NCBI GenBank assembly: GCA_049296775.1
Contig: JBAQTB010000003.1
Location: forward strand, 336,068 to 383,515
From: Patescibacteria group bacterium
GTDB taxonomy: Bacteria; Patescibacteriota; Patescibacteriia; UBA9934
DNA length: 47,448 nt
Reading direction: 5' to 3'
Positions 18,327 through 27,101 of this stretch are shown here, one piece after another. Every line of letters starts with the position of its first letter. Positions within the stretch are counted from its first letter, which is position 1. Made by a program: the position numbers and the translations under genes. The notes beneath the pieces are model-generated. The model was given only the letters and a program-made list of their open reading frames with translations, did no database searches and had not been told where the DNA came from.

Positions 18327-19472
18327 TTATTCTCTGGCCGTGGCCCGCAAAGCCTCCCAGGTTAGCGCCGCTGTCTTACTCCAAGCAAAAACCTGACTAC
18401 GTGCACGTCCTTTAGTTACCAGCTCTGCACGTCGTTCTTGATTAATCAGCATGGTATCCAAAGCCACGGTCCACTTGGCGATATCTAAAGGTGGTGCAAA
18501 TAACGCGGCATCTGCGGCCACTTCCCTGAAGACCGGAAGATCGCTAGCAATCACCGGTACGCCCATGCTCATAGCCTCTAGCACCGGAATGCCGAAACCT
18601 TCGCCCAGTGAAGGCATGGCAAAGCACAGAGCGTGCTCCAATAAACCAGCCAAATCGTCATCTGGTACATAGTCCAAAAAGAGAATGTCGTGTGTGCAGT
18701 TCGAGGCCTTGGCTAGCTGCGCCGCTTCTTCACCGCCAAAACCAAAACTCCCAGCCAAAACGAGTTTCAGCGGATGCCCCACGCCATAACGCCGGCGTAA
18801 TTCTATAAACGCCCGTACCAAAGTGGCCGGATTCTTCTTAGCCTCAACCCTACCAATGTAGAGAACATACATCCCGGGCGTGACATCATATTTACGCATG
18901 ACTTCAGCCACCGGCTGAGTAGAACCTAGCTCATGCGTGGGCGCCAAATGTGTCACCGTAATTTGATCAGCGGGAAATTTATACAAATTAACTAGATCCT
19001 GCTTAGTGGCTTCAGACACGGCTAAGATAGTTTGTACCTGTTTAACTACACGCTTAATCGCCCATTCCTGACGACGCAGATTTCTGGCCGGGTAGGCGCT
19101 CGGGACATTTCTAAAGACGACATCGTGTACAGTAGTCACCAATTTGGCACGCCGGTGCCACAACGGAATTTCATGAGCAGGATTAAAAAAGACATCCGGT
19201 GGATGCAGTAACAGTTCCGTACTTAAACGTAAGTGTGTCCAACCTTTAGGCAACCAGAAACCTAACTCCTTCCAACTCCAACCCGGCGCCAACGCTAAAG
19301 ACCCCGGCTTAGGCTTAGGGGCGTAAATCACCACCTCTTCTTCAACTAAATTCAAGGGCACCTCCATCATCGCCAAGAGTAACCGTGACACGTAACGCTC
19401 AACACCGGTCGGCTTAGCTGCCAATAAAGCCGCGCCGTCTATGCCGTAAGTGATCTTAGTTTTGTCCGCCAT
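18327..19472 (-). CDS. glycosyltransferase family 4 (GT-B, Glycos_transf_1)
   Basis: C-terminal EGFGIPVLEAMSMGVPVIASD motif, and IGRVEAKKN upstream. Confidence 0.8.
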   Translation of the reverse strand: MADKTKITYGIDGAALLAAKPTGVERYVSRLLLAMMEVPLNLVEEEVVIYAPKPKPGSLALAPGWSWKELGFWLPKGWTHLRLSTELLLHPPDVFFNPAHEIPLWHRRAKLVTTVHDVVFRNVPSAYPARNLRRQEWAIKRVVKQVQTILAVSEATKQDLVNLYKFPADQITVTHLAPTHELGSTQPVAEVMRKYDVTPGMYVLYIGRVEAKKNPATLVRAFIELRRRYGVGHPLKLVLAGSFGFGGEEAAQLAKASNCTHDILFLDYVPDDDLAGLLEHALCFAMPSLGEGFGIPVLEAMSMGVPVIASDLPVFREVAADAALFAPPLDIAKWTVALDTMLINQERRAELVTKGRARSQVFAWSKTAALTWEALRATARE

Positions 19473-19479
19473 GTGACGA

Positions 19480-20484
19480 TTAATTACTAAACAAACTGCG
19501 CTTATACGCCTCTAAGTTCTCAAGCGCCAAACCAGTACCTCTAGCCACACACAACTGCGGATCCTCAGCCATGTAAGTAGGGACGCTGGTGGCTTCTGCG
19601 ATCAATCGATCTAAGTTACGTAGCTGACTGGAGCCGCCAGAAATCACGATGCCTTTATCCATGACATCAGCGGATAATTCTGGAGGTGTTTGGCCTAAAA
19701 CTTCTTTCAGCGCTGTGATTATACCTTCTAGCAAAGGCTGGATGGCTTCCGTCACGTCGTCACTCGTCACTTCAATAATCTTTGGTAGACCTGTAATCAT
19801 GTCACGGCCCTTAACGTCCATGCGGAGCTTTTCAGTTAAATACATGGCCGAACCACACTTGATCTTAATCTCCTCCGCCGTACGCTCACCAATAGCTAAA
19901 TTGTACGTGCGGCGCACGAACTCCATAATGGCATGGTCCAACTTAACACCCCCGATTCTGACCGAAGTCGATGCCACGATACCACCCAAAGAAATAACCG
20001 CCATCTCACTAGTACCGCCCCCAATTTCTACGATCATGTGTCCATTTGGACTGCCGATTGGGATATTCGCTCCAATCGCCGCCACAATCGGCTGTTTGAT
20101 AATATACGCCGCCTTAGCACCCGCCGACAAAGCGGCATCAATCACCGCGCGCCGTTCAGTGGAAGTAATCCCGCCCGGCACCGCAATCATGACTTCTGGC
20201 CTAAAAATACGTACCCCACCCAAAGCTTTGTTAATGAAGTAACGCAACATGGCTTCCGTAGTGCGATAGTCTGCGATAACACCATCTTTAAGCGGACGCC
20301 TAGCCACAATCGTGTCCGGAGTACGGCCAAGCATATCTTTAGCCTCCTTGCCCACAGCCAAAACTGTCTTATCTAATTTTGAGACAGCTACCACTGAAGG
20401 TTCATTAATAATGATCCCCCGTTTAGGGACATACACCAAAACCGTAGTGGTACCCAGATCGATACCAATTTTCTTACTAAACAT
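19480..20484 (-). CDS. mreB: rod-shape-determining actin homolog MreB
   Basis: IGIDLGTTTVLVY, EPSVVA, DGVIADY and IVISGGSSQLRNLDRLI motifs. Confidence 0.9.
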   Translation of the reverse strand: MFSKKIGIDLGTTTVLVYVPKRGIIINEPSVVAVSKLDKTVLAVGKEAKDMLGRTPDTIVARRPLKDGVIADYRTTEAMLRYFINKALGGVRIFRPEVMIAVPGGITSTERRAVIDAALSAGAKAAYIIKQPIVAAIGANIPIGSPNGHMIVEIGGGTSEMAVISLGGIVASTSVRIGGVKLDHAIMEFVRRTYNLAIGERTAEEIKIKCGSAMYLTEKLRMDVKGRDMITGLPKIIEVTSDDVTEAIQPLLEGIITALKEVLGQTPPELSADVMDKGIVISGGSSQLRNLDRLIAEATSVPTYMAEDPQLCVARGTGLALENLEAYKRSLFSN

Positions 20485-20502
20485 AGGCTAACGAGCCCAG
20501 AA

Positions 20503-22584
20503 TCAACGGAGACGGACCGTAAAGAGTTTATCTGTATTTAGCTCTGTTGTCACCTGGTAGAGACTATCCCCGTAACCCGTAGCGTCTTCGCTAGGTAGCG
20601 CCGATGTCAACGTGGTACCAAAGTCTAAGTTGAGGGTCAAAAGGTTATCCCCCGCACCCAACTGTTTCATGGCTAATAACCGATAAGATCCACGATTTAT
20701 GGCGCTAACGACCGTGGCTGGAAGATCGTAAGTAAAGGTTAACGTACCAGATTCGCCCGGCTCAATAGCTATAAACGCGCCAAAGCTCGTCATTCCGAGC
20801 TCGTCTTGCACCGTTACTTTTCCTGGCAATAAACCCGGGTTACTCAGTTTATCATTTTTCAGGCTACCACTTGAAGATACGAATTGAGACCCAAGCGGCA
20901 CAAACAGACGTGTATACGTGCGGTACCGGGTAGTCTTCCAATCAAAACCACCATGATGATCGTAATTAATACTGACCGTAGCTCTATACCCCGATCCGTG
21001 TGGAACCATAGTGTATGTAACGTGTCGCTCAACGACCGGATCAGATTTATACGCCGCCAAATTAGCATCTACAGTCAGCAATAAATCATCTGACCCGACC
21101 GGATTCAATACACCCGCCCAACCGTTATCTTCTAACGCGGCCTGAGTCTTATCCGTGTAACTCATGAGCGCAAATTCTTTCTCATCAAAACCGGTATGAA
21201 TGATCTTGAATAAACTGGGCCAAGAGGCCGGTGGTAGCTCTAATAGTCGATCTACCAATTCATCCGTCACAGAACTAACGATGTCCTTGCGCTGATGTTC
21301 AGGAATGCCCTGCAGGGCGTAGCCTTGTTCAACTTGGTACTCCAACTGATCGGCGATGTTGACGCTATCAAAAGTCTGACCTTCCACTGTAATCGGTCCT
21401 ACGAACTCTAGAAGTCTTGCAATGAACGTGGGCGTAATCCCTACGACTCCATTAATTTCAGGGACTGGCTGACCGCCAAATGCCACTTCCTGCCTCAAGA
21501 GCTGTGCGGCGTCACGCGCACTCACAGAAAAATCTGGTGACCAGGCTGAATCTCTAAAAAACCAACTTGGTTGATTCAGATACGTAGCCAAAGGAGCTGG
21601 CGGATTCACGTTATAGCCCGGTTTACCCTCTACATTGGCATCGATCTCGTAAGAATCTCCGGTGACCAAATTCACAATCTGACCGTCCCGAATAACCATT
21701 AAGCCGTAAACACCAATAAACCCACCGCCTGGCCTTAATTCAGTGTTGTTCAAAAATAAGACTAAAAACTGTTTATCTATCCCGATGCCACCAAAGTCTG
21801 GAGCAATGGCTGCAAACGGCACCAAAACATCAACGCTAGTTAGCAAATCTGGCACCAAGTCTCTAAGTGGCTGAATGGCGTGGCTCAAGACCGGTGCCAA
21901 TTTGTAATCATTCAACCGATCTAAATCCGCCTGGGCTAAGCGTAAGCTAACCTGCATCTGCCTGAGCTCTGGCAATGACGCCGCCAAACCAGATAAGAGT
22001 AAACGCTGCTCTTCATCCGTCAGATCAGCGTACGCCCTAGTTTCCGTAGTAATTGAGACGCCACCAACTAACTCATCTGCACTAGCAGCTGACGCCAAGA
22101 CATCCTGACCAACTTTGAGACCGGTTTGAATGACGTCTAAAGTCTCAATTGAGGCTTGAACGGCCACCTGCGCTCCGCCCAATTGCTCACCCACCCACGG
22201 AACAGGTTTCAAGTAACTTAAAAATGGAAAAGCGGCCTGCATTTCCCGCAACCCTGACTGCGCTTTATCTAAAGACTGATTAGCAGCCGCAAAATCTGCA
22301 GCTGAGACTGCCGTTTCGCCAGCTGACATCGCGGCTTTAACGCGCAAAGCGCCATCTAGCAATAAGGCTCCGCCTATCACAGTCATGACCGTCACCGCGC
22401 TCACACCTAAACCTGCACCAATTAACAAAAATCTCCGAAGTTTTCCGCGCGAAGGTCGTGGAGCTAACGGCTCAACGACCAGATGGTCATGAGGTTGCTC
22501 AAACTGTGGCTGGAGGAAGTTGTGGGAATTCACGGGGATTTTTCTGTCCGGAATGTTTTCGGAAGAATTTGTAGGCGCTCTCAA
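20503..22584 (-). CDS. large N-terminally anchored extracytoplasmic protein, DUF4012-like
   Basis: One TM helix (LLIGAGLGVSAVTVMTVIGGALLL), and a motif FLNNTELRPGGGFIGVYG that I recall as the DUF4012 core. Start is uncertain: the track start is TTG at 22584 (86-nt overlap with the upstream GT2), with GTG at 22533 as an alternative. Confidence 0.5.
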   Translation of the reverse strand: MRAPTNSSENIPDRKIPVNSHNFLQPQFEQPHDHLVVEPLAPRPSRGKLRRFLLIGAGLGVSAVTVMTVIGGALLLDGALRVKAAMSAGETAVSAADFAAANQSLDKAQSGLREMQAAFPFLSYLKPVPWVGEQLGGAQVAVQASIETLDVIQTGLKVGQDVLASAASADELVGGVSITTETRAYADLTDEEQRLLLSGLAASLPELRQMQVSLRLAQADLDRLNDYKLAPVLSHAIQPLRDLVPDLLTSVDVLVPFAAIAPDFGGIGIDKQFLVLFLNNTELRPGGGFIGVYGLMVIRDGQIVNLVTGDSYEIDANVEGKPGYNVNPPAPLATYLNQPSWFFRDSAWSPDFSVSARDAAQLLRQEVAFGGQPVPEINGVVGITPTFIARLLEFVGPITVEGQTFDSVNIADQLEYQVEQGYALQGIPEHQRKDIVSSVTDELVDRLLELPPASWPSLFKIIHTGFDEKEFALMSYTDKTQAALEDNGWAGVLNPVGSDDLLLTVDANLAAYKSDPVVERHVTYTMVPHGSGYRATVSINYDHHGGFDWKTTRYRTYTRLFVPLGSQFVSSSGSLKNDKLSNPGLLPGKVTVQDELGMTSFGAFIAIEPGESGTLTFTYDLPATVVSAINRGSYRLLAMKQLGAGDNLLTLNLDFGTTLTSALPSEDATGYGDSLYQVTTELNTDKLFTVRLR

Positions 22585-23335
22585 TGTGACGCCAGGTCAA
22601 AGGCGAGCGTAATTGCTGAAAAATCGAGCCATCGGCAGAGGCTCTACGGTGGTAGTGTACCATGACGGCTTCTGGATAATAGATGACTTTGTAGCCGGCT
22701 TCCCAAAAACGCCAACACAAATCCGTGTCCTCAAAATACATAAAAAATCGCTCATCAAACACTCCAACTTTAGCCAGGCCTTCAGCCCGAGTAAATAAAG
22801 CGCTGCCCATCAACCAATCAACTTCATTGATCTGGTCATGGTTCATGTCTTTCATCAAAAATCGATCCACGATCTTCTTGCCCCAAGGCAGCCTGCCGAG
22901 TGGACTACGGCGCAAAATCGGAACAGACAATTCATGGTAACGGTTACATGAATATTGCAAACTCCCATCAGCATTCGATAACTTAGGACCAACGATTCCA
23001 ACCTGAGGGTTAGCCTCCATGTAATCAAACATCTTCTCCAAAGCACCCGGAGAAATAATAATATCCGGATTAAAGATCAAAATATACTTGCCCTTGGCGT
23101 GCTTAATGCCTACGTTCATGGCTGATCCAAAGCCTTCATTCTTTTTAGAAAAGTATCTAACTTCAGGGAACTCGCGATCCAGCATGTCGCGGATACCCGC
23201 CGCCGGGTTATTGTCGATCACTAAAACCTCCACGTTTAACTGTGGCGCAGCCCGCCGTAAACCTCGCAAGGTTTGACGAATGAGCCGCTGTTCAAAGGTA
23301 TGAACAATCAGGATAGAGACATCAAGAGTTGACAT
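22499..23335 (-). CDS. glycosyltransferase family 2
   Basis: VSILIVHTFEQ...VIDNNPAAG and the NPDI (DxD-equivalent) GT-A pattern. Confidence 0.75.
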   Translation of the reverse strand: MSTLDVSILIVHTFEQRLIRQTLRGLRRAAPQLNVEVLVIDNNPAAGIRDMLDREFPEVRYFSKKNEGFGSAMNVGIKHAKGKYILIFNPDIIISPGALEKMFDYMEANPQVGIVGPKLSNADGSLQYSCNRYHELSVPILRRSPLGRLPWGKKIVDRFLMKDMNHDQINEVDWLMGSALFTRAEGLAKVGVFDERFFMYFEDTDLCWRFWEAGYKVIYYPEAVMVHYHRRASADGSIFQQLRSPLTWRHIESAYKFFRKHSGQKNPREFPQLPPATV

Positions 23336-24365
23336 AATTACGAATCACCTTACCTGATTCTTTGGCCATGGCCAAGCTCTTGGAGCGCTTCTTGAACATT
23401 TTTAAGGTAAGTTTGCCGCTTTTTAAGAGCAATTTACGTGTTTCTGGCTCAAACATCAGCCCATACACGGATCTACTTAGTTCCGTTGGAATAATCCAAA
23501 CCCCGTATCTAAGCAGATCTCCCCAAGTTAAATTCTTAATCAAAAAATACACCTGGTTCCGGGTAGACATGGCGGCTGGAAACGGTCGCTGCTTACGGCG
23601 ATCCAAAAAACGCTGCCACAAACCGCGCTTAGCGGCGCCGTACATGCCCCGGTAATGGTGAGCTTTCGCACTTGGAACAAAAGCCGCTTTCCAACCAGCA
23701 CGCCTAGCTCTTAAAGCTAAATCGCAATCTTCTCGGTAAGCGAAAAAATCGCCATCTAACGGCTCACCATCAATACTCAAAGCCTTAAGCGCCTCCGCCC
23801 GCCACAACGCACTCGTGCCAGTGGCACCAATAATATCCGTCCGCGTATCATACTGACCAGTATCTACCTCCCCCGCCCCTCTGTCCTCCATGCGCCAAGT
23901 TTTAGTTAAACACAATCCAGTAGTATCCAAAATATCTGACTGAATATTCTGCTCTACGCCATCCTCTGAAGTAATATCCGCAAAAGCGCGTAACAATTTC
24001 GGTTGAGTAGCCGCCAGAGTAGGATCTGCCAGGAGCGCCGACACCAACTCCGCGACCATGGTGCTATGCAGAATCATATCCGCGTTCACTAGCAAAATGG
24101 CTTTGTCTGACAAATCCTCGCCCCAACGCTCTAATGCAAACTTAATCAACTGATTATGTCCCGGTGCAAAGCCTAAATTACGCACGTTACGTGCCACTAA
24201 ATATTGCGGATGATGCTTTTGAATATATTCCAAAGTCCCGTCAGTGCTACCGTTATCCAGCACCCGAATACTCACATCCGGGTATGTCTGGGCCTCAATC
24301 GATCTAAACAAGTCCGGCAAATAGCGTAGATCGTTCCAGGTCAAAATGTTAATCGAGACATGCAT
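23322..24365 (-). CDS. glycosyltransferase family 2
   Basis: VSINILTWNDLRYLPDLFRSIEAQTYPDVSIRVLDNGSTDGT and NADM GT-A motifs. It overlaps the next gene by 14 nt. Confidence 0.75.
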   Translation of the reverse strand: MHVSINILTWNDLRYLPDLFRSIEAQTYPDVSIRVLDNGSTDGTLEYIQKHHPQYLVARNVRNLGFAPGHNQLIKFALERWGEDLSDKAILLVNADMILHSTMVAELVSALLADPTLAATQPKLLRAFADITSEDGVEQNIQSDILDTTGLCLTKTWRMEDRGAGEVDTGQYDTRTDIIGATGTSALWRAEALKALSIDGEPLDGDFFAYREDCDLALRARRAGWKAAFVPSAKAHHYRGMYGAAKRGLWQRFLDRRKQRPFPAAMSTRNQVYFLIKNLTWGDLLRYGVWIIPTELSRSVYGLMFEPETRKLLLKSGKLTLKMFKKRSKSLAMAKESGKVIRNYVNS

Positions 24366-24368
24366 AAG

Positions 24369-25865
24369 CTAGCGGTTTCTAGTGGTAGTCAACTTTTTAG
24401 TCACGTTAAAGCCTAAGTACTTGCCTAACATGAACCTAGTCTGTGCATCTAAAGCCGGAATAGCGCCAAATAAAATGAAAGTTACGGGTAACAGCAGCCA
24501 CTGACACAACATCAAGAGCCAATTCCAGCGTGGTGAACGGTTGGGCCTGGGGGGCAGTAAAAAGAAACTCAAACCACCCGTGATAAACACGCCCAGAGTG
24601 GCTCCCCGCATCATGAACTCCAGCGTGTAAGGTGAATTCACAAACAACGCACTCTCAGCGTTAGACACCGTTAAGAATGGCAAATAACCTAAGACGAAGA
24701 TCAGAAATGGTGCAGTGGCCCAAGTAAACATACCTTCCAAATGGTTGAAGATGTACAACCATTTCAAGCGTCTTGGTAACTTGGGATGTTCCTGAAACTT
24801 TTTGATCATGTACGGAAAATGCTCCACTCCCCAGGCCCAACGCCGCTGCTGTTTATATAAAGCCACCAAACTTTGCCAATACGTTCCGCCCTCCACTGCG
24901 TCCATGGAGACTGGTAAGAAAATCGGTGTGACGCGGTAGTCGCCGTCATAATGCAAAAAACCTTGTAAGAAAATCCGCGAATCTTCACTGACTAAATCAG
25001 GCTCCCAAAATCCGACCTCTGTCAGCATGCGCCAAGACATGGAGTGTGAAGAAAAGGTCCACAACCGCTCCGGTCTCACCAACTCAGAAAATAGCCAGAA
25101 CACCGTACCAAAGGCCGCCACCCGCACTGGCGCCACGGCACTCCAAATATTGTTAGAAAATAACGTGATCGGCTGATAGGAAGAACGATGCGGATTTTTG
25201 ACCGTTCTAAATTGATAAGCCAAACACGCAAAATACTGCGGGTGCGCCACCGTATCTGCATCAAAAGCTGAAACGACAATATCATCCGGATTAATCTGCT
25301 TAGTAGCTAAATACTTCTGCACTTCATGGCCCATGTGGCGCATGTTGGAACCCTTACCGGGGATCTCTCCCGGGGTGTCTTTAGGATGCAGCGTAAACAG
25401 CAAGTCAGCAAAGTGATGACCATAACGCTTCTGCAACTCCTCTTGATGACTCTGAAAATTCTCCTGGTCACGCTCCTCACCCCCAATCACCACAATAAAC
25501 CGATCTTTGCGATATTGTGAGCGCAACAGTGACTCCAGTGCTTCCTCAAGAATGGGTAGCCCCTCCTGATAAGTTGGGATCATGACTAGGTGATACACGC
25601 TATCCCAATTAGGCAGCGCGGTCAGCTGCTCGTACCAGCCGATTTTCAAGTAGCGGCGATATTCCCGGTACGTGGCAATCACGTGAATGATGAAATAAAA
25701 AACCCGCAACATCCAATAAAGGTCGAAGATAATGATAAACACGACCGCCACGGTGGGCGCCACAAAAGCCGAGACGATAGCCGCGCTTAAAATGCCCCAG
25801 CTCAACAAGCCTGGAATAACTTCCAGATGACGATATTTGCCGTACTGACCAAAAGTTTGTGACAT
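24369..25865 (-). CDS. integral-membrane processive GT2 synthase (cellulose/chitin/NodC-like)
   Basis: TM helices flank a GT-A core with the D, DxD (FDADTV), ED (VSEDSRI) and QxxRW (QQRRWAWG) motifs characteristic of processive beta-glycan synthases. Confidence 0.7.
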   Translation of the reverse strand: MSQTFGQYGKYRHLEVIPGLLSWGILSAAIVSAFVAPTVAVVFIIIFDLYWMLRVFYFIIHVIATYREYRRYLKIGWYEQLTALPNWDSVYHLVMIPTYQEGLPILEEALESLLRSQYRKDRFIVVIGGEERDQENFQSHQEELQKRYGHHFADLLFTLHPKDTPGEIPGKGSNMRHMGHEVQKYLATKQINPDDIVVSAFDADTVAHPQYFACLAYQFRTVKNPHRSSYQPITLFSNNIWSAVAPVRVAAFGTVFWLFSELVRPERLWTFSSHSMSWRMLTEVGFWEPDLVSEDSRIFLQGFLHYDGDYRVTPIFLPVSMDAVEGGTYWQSLVALYKQQRRWAWGVEHFPYMIKKFQEHPKLPRRLKWLYIFNHLEGMFTWATAPFLIFVLGYLPFLTVSNAESALFVNSPYTLEFMMRGATLGVFITGGLSFFLLPPRPNRSPRWNWLLMLCQWLLLPVTFILFGAIPALDAQTRFMLGKYLGFNVTKKLTTTRNR

Positions 25866-25868
25866 GAA

Positions 25869-26285
25869 TTATTCAAGCTTACGCTTCAAGGCATCGTGTG
25901 TAGATACAGTAATAGTAGGCGCACGCCCGTAAGTAGGTAAAGCGAAGGGCTTAGCGACTAGTCCCGCCAAACTTGACGCGACCTCGAGATCAGTTGAATC
26001 TTCAGTTTTATCTAGAGACATAACTTCTACTCCGAGCGCTAAAGCCAAAGCATTAACCATAGCATGAGAAGTTCTAAGGGCCGTAGCCGAACCTGGTCCA
26101 CTGACTATCACAAAGCCGGTGATACCTTGCTTATCTAGACCAATCTTCTGTAACCAGCTGGAGAAAGTCGCCAAATATTGCTCAGGTCTGACCTGAAACA
26201 CCTGCGGCTCATGCAACCAAGCCGAGCCGCTCCAACCGCCTAGCGCTAATCTAGCGATATCCTGACCATTGACGTAAATCATCAT
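25869..26285 (-). CDS. tsaB: short TsaB-like protein (t6A complex dimerisation subunit, N-terminal domain only)
   Basis: FVIVSGPGSATALRTSHAMVNALALALGVEV matches the TsaB GPGSFTGLR...A.gLa motif. It is only 138 aa. Confidence 0.55.
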   Translation of the reverse strand: MMIYVNGQDIARLALGGWSGSAWLHEPQVFQVRPEQYLATFSSWLQKIGLDKQGITGFVIVSGPGSATALRTSHAMVNALALALGVEVMSLDKTEDSTDLEVASSLAGLVAKPFALPTYGRAPTITVSTHDALKRKLE

Positions 26286-27013
26286 ACCTTACCAATGGTA
26301 TCAGATAGCACGACCCGCTTGCCCTGCAGAATACTGGTCAAGAAACGGTCACCCACATCATACCTGTATTCAAACTCATCACGTGGCATGTAGGTGTAAT
26401 TCACTTCACGACCAATCTCCTTTTCAAACTCAGCAATTGAACTTTGCACTCCTTCTTCCTTAAGTTCTCCGACGACTAAAATATCGGTAGGAATAGTTGG
26501 CGTATCTGTAAAGCTACCCGTTAAAATCAACAGGTCCAAACGACCGTGCTTAGACATTTCTTGGGTCAAGGTATGGTTCATGAGGACCGCGACTTTTTTC
26601 ATAACGCCACGCAAATCTTCAAAAATCGGAAAATCTGAATTAGCCTGATAAAAACGCTTATTATCGACTTTACCGTCTTCATCATCTTTACTCTCGACCT
26701 CAACAGTCTCACCGTCAACCTCATGCACGATCCCTACATCCACCAAATTCTTAAGCTCCCGCCGCACTGAATTTAACTGAGCGTCAATGCGCCGAGCGAG
26801 TTCACGAACAAAAAAAGCACGTTCACTATTTTCTAAAAATAAACCGAGCAAGCGGGCACGGGTTCTGGAACCGAATAACTGCTCAACCCTAAAGACCCCA
26901 CCCTCGACTTTTTCGGGTTCGTCAATCTCAACCTGAGACTCAACCAACAACGGCTCAGACTCTTTGAGCTTGGGGCTATCTGGCAACGGAGCTGGAGTCA
27001 GCGAATTATCCAT
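26282..27013 (-). CDS. winged-helix regulator-like protein with acidic N-terminus
   Basis: FGSRTRARLLGLFLENSERAFFVRELARRIDAQLNSVRRELKNLVDVGIV is an ArsR/MarR-like wHTH. The C-terminal domain is unassigned. Confidence 0.5.
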   Translation of the reverse strand: MDNSLTPAPLPDSPKLKESEPLLVESQVEIDEPEKVEGGVFRVEQLFGSRTRARLLGLFLENSERAFFVRELARRIDAQLNSVRRELKNLVDVGIVHEVDGETVEVESKDDEDGKVDNKRFYQANSDFPIFEDLRGVMKKVAVLMNHTLTQEMSKHGRLDLLILTGSFTDTPTIPTDILVVGELKEEGVQSSIAEFEKEIGREVNYTYMPRDEFEYRYDVGDRFLTSILQGKRVVLSDTIGKV

Positions 27014-27101
27014 AGAACCTGGGGGTAAACCTTAGCGATCTTTTGTACCAAGCAAGGTTTGGGTATACTGTAATAGTAAACAGGGGGAAAGGGCAACCAT
27101 C

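Noticed and set aside
27014-27101. Face-to-face promoter candidates (TTGTAC-15-TATACT on the plus strand, TTGCTT-15-TAAGGT on the minus strand) in the divergent intergenic region
   Set aside because: The 15-nt spacers are too short for the grammar seen elsewhere in this window. They are not reported as features.
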